From Candidatus Cloacimonadales bacterium (GTDB lineage Bacteria; Cloacimonadota; Cloacimonadia; Cloacimonadales; JAIOQZ01): a stretch of 64,000 nucleotides of DNA. Positions within the stretch are counted from its first letter, which is position 1; every line of letters begins with the position of its first letter. A program made the translations under genes and the position numbers. Of this stretch, positions 8,573 to 18,358 are shown one piece after another. The stretch is from contig OY762463.1 in assembly GCA_963665815.1 (NCBI GenBank), positions 448,001-512,000 of the forward strand, written 5' to 3'. Below the pieces are notes generated by a model. The model made no database searches, was not told the origin of the DNA, and was given only the letters and a program-made list of their open reading frames with translations.

Positions 8573-10996
8573 ATGAAATTCGGAATAATTTTATCAGTAC
8601 TTTTGTTCTGCACAGCTTTGACGGCAGAAACAACAACGTTCTTATTTTATATAAATGGAGATAATTCACTTGAATCAGATGCAATTGCTCTGGTAAATCA
8701 TCTGGAAGAGGCTCAACAGTCTGACAGTATTACAATTATAGCTCAGATTGACAGAACTCCGGACTATGATGCAACTAATTCTGACTGGGTAAATACAAGA
8801 AGGTATCTTGTAACACAGGATACTGACACAAATGCTATAGGATCCCAATTTCTGGAAGATATTGGAGAAACTAATATGGCAGATCCTGATGAGCTGGAAA
8901 CCTTTCTTAACTGGGCAGAGACAAACTATTCTGCTGATAATTATCATCTTGTGATCTGGGATTATATGCACGCTTGGCAAAGAAATAATACTTCTGCTCA
9001 CAGAACAGCTCTTTATGATAGAACTAATAATTGTTATATGACTGTTCCGGGTATAGCAGAGGCTATTGAAGGATCTGGACTGGATATTAGTCTTCTAATT
9101 CTTGATATGGAATATAAAGGAACCGTTGAGACTGTTTTTGAGTTAAAAGATGCATCTGATTATTCTGTGGTTTCTCAGTTCGGCTTAGGGACAAAACGTT
9201 TTGGTTATGTTGATTTAGTAGAGTACATTGCTCAAAATAACAGTACCGGAACAGAAGATGCCGGACAGATGATTATAAATCAAACCGGAACTGAAAATAC
9301 TGCATCAGAGCATTGTGTATCTTTGATAAACAATAATAAAGTAGAAAACATGAAAAACCTCATCAACGATTTTGTGAACGCTTTTGATGAAAATCAGGAA
9401 TGGGATGTTGTAAATAGTTCAATCTCAATTGCTCAAACAGGACACCTCAAAAATTATATGGATTTTGCAGTTTTTGTTGAAGGGTTAGATAACTCATTTG
9501 GGTCTGTTGAAGTAAACACAAAAGTAACAGACATTATAGATTTTACTGATTCTCTAATAGTTGCAAATTCTTTCAATGGAACCGAAACAACAGGGAAGGG
9601 ACTGTCGATTTTTGTATATGACTATTATATTAATGACTGGTTAAAGTATAAGTATCCTTATTGTAACTTTGCAGCGAGATCCTACTGGAAATCATTTCTT
9701 GTTTCACGGCTTGCCAATACTTCATTTAAAAGCTTCAACTGTGGTTTTGAAGACGAAATGAATTCTTCATGGGAAATTAAAAACAGCAATGATGATGATT
9801 TTTTCTGGGAACTTGGTGCAGTTAATGGAGATTCACATAATGGTGATAGATGTGCAGTTCTGGATGCAACTTCGGGCAATGAAGATCATGATGACTGGCT
9901 TGTATTACCTAAAATATATGTTGAACCCGGAACAAGAATCCAATTCTGGGCAAGATCTGCAACAAATTCTCTTTCAGATATTATTGTCAGAGCTTCACAT
10001 GATGATGATATTAATTCGGATGATCCGCTAGTACTTATCATGAGTGATATTCCTACACAATGGAGTAGATATGTAATTGATAATACTAATCTGGTACAGT
10101 ATGAAGGATCAACAATAAAAATAGGCATTCATTGCGATGACTCACAGGGAGATGCTCTTCTTGTAGATGATGTTGATGTTGCTTACACAAATGATGAATC
10201 AATTATAATATCTGAAAATTTTGAGCATGGTGAATTTCCTCCTGCCGGCTGGACATTATCAATTACAAATGCTACACATACCTGGGAAGTAGGTCAAAAT
10301 GAGAATCATCCGTTCTCAGATATATTTCCTAACAGTCACAGATCAATTGTTTGTAACTGGGATGGTGAAAATGCTCAGGATGAATGGCTGATAACAAATT
10401 CATTCAATCTTGATGATGTACCGGCAACACTAATGTTCTGGGCAGGGCACAGTAGTGCCTATCTTGCTAATGCAACTCTTAGAGTACATGTGTCAGCAGA
10501 TAACGGAGTAAACTGGAATCAGGTCTATGAACTTGTTGATGATGGTTTAAGCTGGAGCTGGCATTATGTGAATATAGATTTAAGTGATTACAAGAATAAT
10601 TCAGATGTAAAACTTGCCTTTCAATATGTTGGAATGGACGGTGATCTGGTTGTAATTGACAATGTTGTTGTGTTTACTGAAACAACAGATATTGATGATG
10701 AAACAAACAGCTATAAAAATATTGTTACTTTGAAACAGAATACTCCAAATCCATTCAATCCTTCAACATCAATTTCATATAACCTACCCCAAAAGGCTGA
10801 TGTAAGTCTGAATATATATAACATTAAGGGGCAGCTTGTAAAAAAACTTGTTAAAGAAGTTCAGGAACAGGGTGATCACTCTGTTGTATGGCATGGTAAA
10901 GACTCTTCAGGAGATGATTGTGGATCCGGAGTGTATTTCTATAGGTTGATATCAGGAGAAAACTCAGTAATAAAGAAAATGGTGCTGCTGAAATAA
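8573..10996 (+). CDS. Secreted clostripain (C11)-like domain + two cleaved-adhesin/choice-of-anchor-J-like domains + C-terminal FlgD-Ig/T9SS-type sorting domain; catalytic dyad apparently lost
   Basis: Signal peptide. C11 hallmarks YINGDNSLE, IIAQIDR, GETNMADPDELETFLNWA. Adhesin-like motifs DDWLVLP/DEWLIT and VDDV/IDNV. C-terminus QNTPNPFNPST...SGVYFYRL...KKMVLLK. Confidence 0.85.
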   Translation: MKFGIILSVLLFCTALTAETTTFLFYINGDNSLESDAIALVNHLEEAQQSDSITIIAQIDRTPDYDATNSDWVNTRRYLVTQDTDTNAIGSQFLEDIGETNMADPDELETFLNWAETNYSADNYHLVIWDYMHAWQRNNTSAHRTALYDRTNNCYMTVPGIAEAIEGSGLDISLLILDMEYKGTVETVFELKDASDYSVVSQFGLGTKRFGYVDLVEYIAQNNSTGTEDAGQMIINQTGTENTASEHCVSLINNNKVENMKNLINDFVNAFDENQEWDVVNSSISIAQTGHLKNYMDFAVFVEGLDNSFGSVEVNTKVTDIIDFTDSLIVANSFNGTETTGKGLSIFVYDYYINDWLKYKYPYCNFAARSYWKSFLVSRLANTSFKSFNCGFEDEMNSSWEIKNSNDDDFFWELGAVNGDSHNGDRCAVLDATSGNEDHDDWLVLPKIYVEPGTRIQFWARSATNSLSDIIVRASHDDDINSDDPLVLIMSDIPTQWSRYVIDNTNLVQYEGSTIKIGIHCDDSQGDALLVDDVDVAYTNDESIIISENFEHGEFPPAGWTLSITNATHTWEVGQNENHPFSDIFPNSHRSIVCNWDGENAQDEWLITNSFNLDDVPATLMFWAGHSSAYLANATLRVHVSADNGVNWNQVYELVDDGLSWSWHYVNIDLSDYKNNSDVKLAFQYVGMDGDLVVIDNVVVFTETTDIDDETNSYKNIVTLKQNTPNPFNPSTSISYNLPQKADVSLNIYNIKGQLVKKLVKEVQEQGDHSVVWHGKDSSGDDCGSGVYFYRLISGENSVIKKMVLLK

Positions 10997-10999
10997 TTT

Positions 11000-13939
11000 A
11001 TGACTCTGATTACAAAAGAGAATCTGTTTCAGAAGTATTTTGAAACAAATAACCTGTATCACGGCTTGATGAAAAGAAGGGTTAGAAATATCTTACTTGC
11101 AGCAAGTTACTATGATTCTTACATGCTTGAACGAGATGGTCGACTCTTTGAAGATGTGTATTCAGAATTCAGAGAATTAGATTTACTTTTATCTCCAACG
11201 ATCAAATCAGTGCTTTATGGTGACTCTTTAAAGAAAAATCTTTCAGGAAATCACTGGGATCTGCTTATTATAAATCTGAATGTATACAAAGAAGACTTGA
11301 GGGATATTCTGATCCACATTAACAATCAGTATCCCGATTTACCTGTATTAATGCTTGTTAACCAGAAAGTATACTCAAAAATTAACATGCACTTCGAAGA
11401 CATAGATTTGTATGTCAAAAATATGTTTCTCTGGAATGGAGATCCAAGACTTTTTTTTGCAATGATAAAATCCACTGAAGATTCATTAAATCTTGCTCAT
11501 GATGTTGGTTCAGGTATAACTAACATGATTCTTCTTGCTGAGAGCTCTATTCAGTTTTATTCAAATTATCTTTCGCTCATCTATTCAGAATTGATATCTC
11601 AGACAAAGCAACTTGTTAAGGAAGAATCCGATGATGATAATAAACATTTGAGGATGAGAGCAAGACCAAAGCTGATTCTGGTCAGGGATTATGAAGAAGC
11701 AATAAAATACTGGGACTTATATAGCGAGAATTGTATTGGGATAATCACTTGTAGTAACTTGCGCAAAAAAGGCTATAATTCTGCTGATTCCGGTATAGAT
11801 TTTGTGCGGGAAGTACGGAAAAGAAGTTCATCTGTTCCTGTGATTATGCAATCTGTTGACGACTATTACAAGAATTTCTCAAGTGATCTAAATATCAGAT
11901 TCATCAATAAGAATACAAAAAATTATATTCTTCATTTCAGGACATTTATTAAAGAATACTTCGGACTTGGTGACTTTGTCTTCAGAGACTCCGGAGATAG
12001 AGTTATTAGACGGGTCAGCAGTTTTGTCGATTTTGAAAGTGTACTTGAATTTATTCCAGAGGAATCGTTAATATATCATGCATCTAATGATCACTTTTCA
12101 GCCTGGCTTTATGCTCATGGAGAGATAGAAATTGCTCGAGATGTTCAGCCAAGAAAGATAAGTGATTTTGCAACAATCAAGAACATAAGAGATTACTTGA
12201 AAGACAAGATTGCAGAAGCTCGATCAAAGAAGAACAAAGGTAAGATAGTCAATTTCGAGTTTTCAGATAAATATTTTAACGACAGAATATATTTAATCTC
12301 CGATGGATCACTGGGAGGAAAGGGAAGAGGATTGGCCTTTTTTTGCTCATTGATAAACATTCTGGATATGGAAAAACATCACAAGAGCATTAATGTTGGA
12401 ATACCTGTAACCTTTGTTATTGGTACAGATGAATTCTCTTATATTTCAAGCAGTATAGATTACAACAAAGTAACACATATGAACGATGAGCAAATCCGAT
12501 CTGAAATTGATTCTCTCGATTTGTCCGATAAGGTTATGACAAGATTGCGTCATCTTATCAGAGTAATAAAAAAGCCGCTTGCCGTTAGATCTTCCGGTTT
12601 ACTTGAGGACTCTCAGGCACAACCGTTTGCGGGGATCTATCAAACATATATGATACCCAATAACCACTATGATGAGGAAGTAAGGCTGAATCAGCTTGCA
12701 TCTGCTGTTAAACAGGTATTTGCTTCTCCTTTTTTAGCTCAGGCGAGAGCTTATGTCAACAGCATAAATTACCGCATTGAAGAAGAGATGATTGCTGTGG
12801 TCATACAAGAGATTGTTGGAGATGAATTCATTAAGGACTGCTATTTTCCGATGATGTCAGGTGTTGCTCAATCATACAATTTCTATCCGGCTTTTTTTGA
12901 TAACTCCGATGGGGTTGTAGATCTTGCCCTCGGGATGGGTAAAGCTGTTGTTGATGGAGAGTTGACATACAGATACATACCTGAACATCCAACTTCTCCT
13001 CTTGAACTTCCCGAAGATGTTGTAAGGAACAATCAAAGAAGTTTCTATGCACTTGACCTGAGTAGCCGCGAATACAATGTTGTGTCAGATGAAGATGTCA
13101 CAATGAAGAAACTCAGGATAACCAACAAACATAAAGATGAAATATTCAAGCCATTCACTTCGATATGGGATCATGAAAGACTTAGCTTTATTGATTCGTC
13201 TTATGCAAAAGGTCCCAGAGTTTTCACTTTCAGGAATATTACTCATTATGGTTTGAAAGCTGTTAACGATGTTATTCGAGAAGTTCTTGATCTTTGTGAA
13301 TCCGCTACGGGAGTACCAGTTGAAATTGAGTTTGCAGTAAATGCACTTCCGGGAAAAACCACGTTCACAATGCTTCAGATGAGACCAATGATAATGCATT
13401 CTGAGGATGTTGAAATAGATCTAAAAACGATTGATTATAATAACCTCATTCTTACATCAACAAATAGTCTCGGGAATGGGGAAATTGATGAGATATTTAA
13501 TATTATCTATGTGAGCCCTGAAAAGTTTGATGTAACAAAGACTTTGGAAATCAGAATGGAGATTGAACAACTGAATGCCAGGTTAAAGCAGAATGGGGAA
13601 CACTACATACTAATTGGACCGGGAAGATGGGGATCTCATGACAGATTTCTGGGTGTTCCTGTAATGTGGTCAAACATTGATATGGCACAGGTTATAGTAG
13701 AAATTGCAACTAAAGAATTTCAGATGGATCCTTCTTCAGGGTCTCATTTTATGCACAATATTGCAGCTTTGAATATTGGCTACTTTCATTCAAAAATGAC
13801 TGATTACTTTTCATATGAGTGGTTGGAATTACAAATGCCTGCTGAGATTAAGAATTATTGCAGATTATATACATTTCAGAAACCTTGCCTTGTTAAAATG
13901 AACGGATTAGATAATACTGCTGTAATATATAAACCATAA
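11000..13939 (+). CDS. PEP synthase/PPDK N-terminal (ATP-grasp) domain protein with receiver-like N-terminal domains
   Basis: GSLGGKGRGLAF, PLAVRSSGLLED, FAGIYQTY, PVEIEFA, LQMRP, LIGPGRWGS. Confidence 0.85.
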   Translation: MTLITKENLFQKYFETNNLYHGLMKRRVRNILLAASYYDSYMLERDGRLFEDVYSEFRELDLLLSPTIKSVLYGDSLKKNLSGNHWDLLIINLNVYKEDLRDILIHINNQYPDLPVLMLVNQKVYSKINMHFEDIDLYVKNMFLWNGDPRLFFAMIKSTEDSLNLAHDVGSGITNMILLAESSIQFYSNYLSLIYSELISQTKQLVKEESDDDNKHLRMRARPKLILVRDYEEAIKYWDLYSENCIGIITCSNLRKKGYNSADSGIDFVREVRKRSSSVPVIMQSVDDYYKNFSSDLNIRFINKNTKNYILHFRTFIKEYFGLGDFVFRDSGDRVIRRVSSFVDFESVLEFIPEESLIYHASNDHFSAWLYAHGEIEIARDVQPRKISDFATIKNIRDYLKDKIAEARSKKNKGKIVNFEFSDKYFNDRIYLISDGSLGGKGRGLAFFCSLINILDMEKHHKSINVGIPVTFVIGTDEFSYISSSIDYNKVTHMNDEQIRSEIDSLDLSDKVMTRLRHLIRVIKKPLAVRSSGLLEDSQAQPFAGIYQTYMIPNNHYDEEVRLNQLASAVKQVFASPFLAQARAYVNSINYRIEEEMIAVVIQEIVGDEFIKDCYFPMMSGVAQSYNFYPAFFDNSDGVVDLALGMGKAVVDGELTYRYIPEHPTSPLELPEDVVRNNQRSFYALDLSSREYNVVSDEDVTMKKLRITNKHKDEIFKPFTSIWDHERLSFIDSSYAKGPRVFTFRNITHYGLKAVNDVIREVLDLCESATGVPVEIEFAVNALPGKTTFTMLQMRPMIMHSEDVEIDLKTIDYNNLILTSTNSLGNGEIDEIFNIIYVSPEKFDVTKTLEIRMEIEQLNARLKQNGEHYILIGPGRWGSHDRFLGVPVMWSNIDMAQVIVEIATKEFQMDPSSGSHFMHNIAALNIGYFHSKMTDYFSYEWLELQMPAEIKNYCRLYTFQKPCLVKMNGLDNTAVIYKP

Positions 13940-14119
13940 TTTTTTAAAATCAAATTCATTTTCGATATATATATTTATTATATAAAAAAATTTAAGTAAA
14001 AATATTAACAAAGACATTTAGTATTTTTTTATTGACATTTTTTCTATTAGACTTCTTACATAGTCATGTTGTGCGATTGAATTTTAGTATTGCTTGCAAA
14101 TGTTGAAGAATGAGGTAAG

Positions 14120-14719
14120 ATGGAAGGACATACTGATAACATTCTTAAAATCAAGAATAAAGTATTAAAAGCATCTATAAAACTCTTTATTGAAAAAGGT
14201 TATGATGCAACTACTCTGACTATGATAGAAGAAGAAAGTCAGGTTGATCTCGAAGGAATAAGTCTTTTTTTCAAAACGAAACGCCAGATACTTGGTGAGA
14301 TGTTCGATCTTTATTTCAAGAATTATGGTGAACTGATGGGAGAGTGTCTTAATAAGGAACCGGCTCCAATGGAAAAATTAAAACTATTGATTCAGTACAT
14401 TCTCCTAATAGAAGAAAAAGATAAATTCATGAAATGCATGAATGATTTTATAGCTTATAAGTTTCAGGTAACATCAGATACAACAGATATTTTTAAAAAA
14501 TATATTAATCTCAGACGGAAACAGAATGAAGTCCTGCTGAAGCTTATTGAAGAATGCAAAGAAAAGAACGTTATAAATACGAGTAATCCCATGAAATTAA
14601 TGCTTTCTATTACATCTTTTCTGGATGATATTTCTAATTACTATGCATTTAGATATGGAACTCAAATCGAGAAAAGTGTAAATGATATCTTTGAAGCAAT
14701 CGTAGGAAAGCTCGGATAA
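14120..14719 (+). CDS. TetR/AcrR family transcriptional regulator (divergent HTH)
   Basis: VLKASIKLFIEKGYDATT...FKTK N-terminus; 199 aa, helical. Confidence 0.75.
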   Translation: MEGHTDNILKIKNKVLKASIKLFIEKGYDATTLTMIEEESQVDLEGISLFFKTKRQILGEMFDLYFKNYGELMGECLNKEPAPMEKLKLLIQYILLIEEKDKFMKCMNDFIAYKFQVTSDTTDIFKKYINLRRKQNEVLLKLIEECKEKNVINTSNPMKLMLSITSFLDDISNYYAFRYGTQIEKSVNDIFEAIVGKLG

Positions 14720-14769
14720 AAAACTTTAAAACATAAACTGAATATTATAAATTGGTTAACTGTTCATTG

Positions 14770-14788
14770 TAACATCAATCTGATGTTA
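14770..14788. promoter_or_regulatory. 8-3-8 inverted repeat, candidate operator
   Basis: TAACATCA-ATC-TGATGTTA, lying 4 bp upstream of a TTGACA (14793) in front of the hydrolase and downstream of the TetR gene. Confidence 0.3.
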
Positions 14789-14828
14789 GGGCTTGACATC
14801 ATTACTATCACTCTTCTTTTTAACAATT

Positions 14829-15662
14829 ATGATTAATAGTAACAGTATAAGATATTATGGAAATAAACCATACTCAATTGCAGTGGTTCATGGTGGACCC
14901 GGTGCACCGGGAAGTGTTTCGGATATTGCAGAGAATCTATCTAAAAACTATGGAGTTATTGAACCATTACAGACTGAACAAAGTCTCAGAGGACAAATTG
15001 AAGAGCTGAGAACTCAAATTGTGGAAAATGCGGATTATCCTGTTACTCTGATTGGTCATTCCTGGGGAGCATTTCTGTCTTTCTTCCTTACCGTAAACTA
15101 TCCTGAACTTGTTAACAAGCTGATACTATTATCTTCAGGTCCATTCGATACTTCTTATGTTGAAGAAATTCATAGAAGACGACTGATGAACTTCAATGAT
15201 GAAGAAGCAGAAAGATTTGATTTTCTTCTTAGTGAACTACAGAAAAGAAACGAGGATAATAATACACATTGGTATGAACTGGGAGCTCTGGTCGAAAAAT
15301 CAGACAATTTTGATACTTATGATGAGATATTCGATAAACATATTGATGTTGAGGGGGATCCGTTTTCCGGTGTGTGGTACGAAGCGGCCAAAGTCCGGTC
15401 AACAGGAAAGCTTCTTTCTATGGCAGAACTAATTGCTTGCCCGGTTATCTGTATTCATGGAGATTATGATCCCCATCCTTACGAAGGAGTTATTGAGCCT
15501 CTGAAAGAAAAGATTTCTGATTTCAGTAGTTATATTTTCAAGAATTGTGGTCACTATATCTGGAGAGAAAAAGCTGGAAGAAAGAAATTCTATAGCTTAC
15601 TGAATGAAATTGTTACTAATCAGAATACTTGTGATCCAGATGAACAAAAAGAAGGTGAATGA
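14829..15662 (+). CDS. Alpha/beta hydrolase
   Basis: HGGPG, nucleophile elbow GHSWG, HGDYD and CGH triad. ATG 14829 is preferred over TTG 14793. Confidence 0.9.
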   Translation: MINSNSIRYYGNKPYSIAVVHGGPGAPGSVSDIAENLSKNYGVIEPLQTEQSLRGQIEELRTQIVENADYPVTLIGHSWGAFLSFFLTVNYPELVNKLILLSSGPFDTSYVEEIHRRRLMNFNDEEAERFDFLLSELQKRNEDNNTHWYELGALVEKSDNFDTYDEIFDKHIDVEGDPFSGVWYEAAKVRSTGKLLSMAELIACPVICIHGDYDPHPYEGVIEPLKEKISDFSSYIFKNCGHYIWREKAGRKKFYSLLNEIVTNQNTCDPDEQKEGE

Positions 15663-16383
15663 CTACCTGAAAGATAAAAGCTGTTAATACAATTACAACA
15701 AGATAGAAAAACATTTCATTCATATTAAAGAAAATTTTCGCATCATTTAGCAACTTACCTATTCCATTTTCAGATCCGAGAAATTCTCCGAGTACAATAA
15801 TCTTTAATGCAAGTCCTGAACCGATAATCAGATTACTTTTTATTGCAGGAAGTATAGCCGGGATCCAGACATTTGAAAATATATCGTAATTGTTACCACC
15901 AAAGACTTTCACAACATCTTCAAGATTATGGTTTATTGCTGAAAGTGCATTAAGGTTGTTTATAGTCAAAGCAGGCGTTACCATAACAACAATAAGCATT
16001 ATAGGTGTTGAGTTTCCTACTCCAAAGATAATGATAAATATAATCCCCAATACAATTCCCGGGATGACCTGAAAAAGTGATAATGTATTCTCTAACAGTA
16101 TTCTGAACTTGAAATAATGAGCGCAGATACTGATAAATAATGCCGAAAGGAATGATATAACAAAACCAATAAGCAGTCTCGTGATTGTGGCAACGTAGTT
16201 TGAGAAAAAAAATGTAGTGATGAAATCTTCAGAATTACTGATGATATCAATGGGGGATGGGACAATATTTGATTTCACAAAAATGGACACAAATGTCCAG
16301 ATTATACAGAAAATCAGGAAGGCGTACGTATTATTTTTCAGCGATAATAACGAAGCTTTCTTGCGGGGCAAAATTGTCTCCAA
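15616..16383 (-). CDS. ABC transporter permease (NitT/TauT family)
   Basis: About six hydrophobic segments; degenerate EAA loop (LEDVVKVFGGN); GEFLGSENGIG. Confidence 0.88.
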   Translation of the reverse strand: METILPRKKASLLSLKNNTYAFLIFCIIWTFVSIFVKSNIVPSPIDIISNSEDFITTFFFSNYVATITRLLIGFVISFLSALFISICAHYFKFRILLENTLSLFQVIPGIVLGIIFIIIFGVGNSTPIMLIVVMVTPALTINNLNALSAINHNLEDVVKVFGGNNYDIFSNVWIPAILPAIKSNLIIGSGLALKIIVLGEFLGSENGIGKLLNDAKIFFNMNEMFFYLVVIVLTAFIFQVVIHLLFVHLDHKYSD

Positions 16384-17245
16384 TAATTTTATGATATTCT
16401 ATAAGGTTCTCAGTAAGCTCTGATCCCATTAAGCATTGATAACCAATTCTGCTAGTGCTGTTCATGAGAATTTGTTTGCTGAATGCAAGATCATTTAATG
16501 CGGAATCAACAGCTTTCGCTTGATTTTCAAGAATGTATTCAGACGATTCATCAACTTGATCCAACAGTAACTTTATAGCCCTTTTGTCTATAGAGGATTT
16601 TGTAAACAATGCAAGCTGTGGAGCTTGAACATTATATTGATCTTGGAATCTTTTCTGAAGACTGATATAAGACTTTATCTTGTTCTGAGCAAGAAGAACC
16701 GAAACAAATGGCTCAGGAAGAACTGCATTTTCGATTTCTCCACGTTTGAGAAGTTCAATTGTTGAAGGAAAAGCAAGATAATGTCTTTTGTATTCATCAG
16801 TACTTGACTTGTCTTCTGCTATGATAATAGAATCAAGCAGCAATTCAATTGGACTGCCTTTAAACGGAAGATTGACTTCCTTTGTTTTAAGCTTGAAAAC
16901 AGAATCAACATTTGTCTGATTAGATACTAAATAGGATAACTCACCGACAAGTGAACTGAGTATTCTGACATTTTTGTTATTTTTTCTGAAATTTACTCCC
17001 ACATTATATCCTGTTGCAATGAATTCTGCATCACCACGAAGAAATGAAGCGTGAGCTTTTGTATGATTTGTAAAAAGTTTAATCTCAAAAATATCCAGTT
17101 TCCTGCAGGCAAGAATCAATGGTATGGATGCTGGAGATGCAGGAGCAAGAATTGTATACTTTTGAGGATTATCATCTTTTTTCCCTGTGCAGGATACATT
17201 TAGCAGTACTGCAAATAGTAGTGACAGCATTATCAATTTTCTCAT
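16331..17245 (-). CDS. ABC substrate-binding lipoprotein (NitT/TauT-like)
   Basis: Lipobox NVSC; AVLPEPFVS motif; adjacent to the permease. Confidence 0.8.
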   Translation of the reverse strand: MRKLIMLSLLFAVLLNVSCTGKKDDNPQKYTILAPASPASIPLILACRKLDIFEIKLFTNHTKAHASFLRGDAEFIATGYNVGVNFRKNNKNVRILSSLVGELSYLVSNQTNVDSVFKLKTKEVNLPFKGSPIELLLDSIIIAEDKSSTDEYKRHYLAFPSTIELLKRGEIENAVLPEPFVSVLLAQNKIKSYISLQKRFQDQYNVQAPQLALFTKSSIDKRAIKLLLDQVDESSEYILENQAKAVDSALNDLAFSKQILMNSTSRIGYQCLMGSELTENLIEYHKIIGDNFAPQESFVIIAEK

Positions 17246-17661
17246 CAGAATTTTCTCCTGATCATTGTTCTGTAGTGTTCGAGCGGTCCGAATCCATATT
17301 TTCTGTATAAATGAACAGCAGACTGGTTTTGCTCGTCAACTTCAAGTTTCATCTGCATCTGTTTTTCTGAAGCTACCTTGCAGGCTTCATTCATAAGGGT
17401 ATTCCCATAGCCTTTGTTCTGATATTCAGGCAGAACAGCCATGTGATGTAAATACAATCTTCGGTGATCGGATGTTATCCAGCATGTTCCAACACATTTA
17501 TCATTATCATATACTGTCAGAATAACTCCATCATGTTTAAGTGTCCTTATTACCTGTTGATAATCATCACCTCTTTCCGGTTTACCAACTCCTGTAACAG
17601 TCCATATATTACATATATCATCGAAGATATTTCTATCAAAATCTCTTAATGCTTTAATCAT
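17245..17661 (-). CDS. GNAT family N-acetyltransferase
   Basis: Motif A MAVLPEYQNKGYG; motif B NQSAVHLYRKYGF. Confidence 0.9.
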   Translation of the reverse strand: MIKALRDFDRNIFDDICNIWTVTGVGKPERGDDYQQVIRTLKHDGVILTVYDNDKCVGTCWITSDHRRLYLHHMAVLPEYQNKGYGNTLMNEACKVASEKQMQMKLEVDEQNQSAVHLYRKYGFGPLEHYRTMIRRKF

Positions 17662-18146
17662 TGCTCTCTCCGGAGGTCTGAAACGAGAAAAGGTTTGTTG
17701 TCTTCAGTAATCCATGCTTTTGTTACTTCACCTGTGAAAATTGTGTGATCTCCTGATTTTAACTGGGATATTACTTTGCATTCAAAACAGGCCGTACTTT
17801 CATGCAGAATAGGTAATCCTGTTACTGAACTCTTGAACCAGGGATCTTTCAGCTTTGCAAATTTATCTATATTTCTACCGGACTTAAATCCGCTGAGTGA
17901 CACAAAATCATGTTGGTGTTGTGCCGGGAAAATAAGATTAAAAAATCTGAAGTTCATCAAGCATTCGTAACTGTACCGGGATTGAGCAACTGAAATAGCA
18001 AACATTGGTGGTTCAATTGCTGTTCTCATAAACCATTCAAGAGCTATTGAGTTAAATTTTCCTTCAGGGCTTTTTGTTATCGCACAGGCAATTTTAGCCG
18101 GATTTTTAATGTGTTTTATTGCATCTGAAATTTCTATTTTCTTCAT
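17658..18146 (-). CDS. Flavin reductase family protein
   Basis: EPPMFAISV, GFKSGRNIDKF, GDHTIFTGEV. Probable start at MKKIEIS (18146). Confidence 0.9.
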   Translation of the reverse strand: MKKIEISDAIKHIKNPAKIACAITKSPEGKFNSIALEWFMRTAIEPPMFAISVAQSRYSYECLMNFRFFNLIFPAQHQHDFVSLSGFKSGRNIDKFAKLKDPWFKSSVTGLPILHESTACFECKVISQLKSGDHTIFTGEVTKAWITEDNKPFLVSDLRREQ

Positions 18147-18358
18147 AAAACAACAAAAAAAAAGCAAAATATTAATGCAAGTTTTTAAACCGGTCATTAT
18201 TAGAAATTCAGTCCAATCTGTTTTTTTTATGTTGAACTCAGTAACATACTCGTTTTATTTAACCCAAAAAATAGGATTGAGTTAACTTCTGTATAAAAAT
18301 TAATTGACTGATGAAATGGATTTTGTAGTTTGCCAGTGAATACATTCAAGGAGATATT

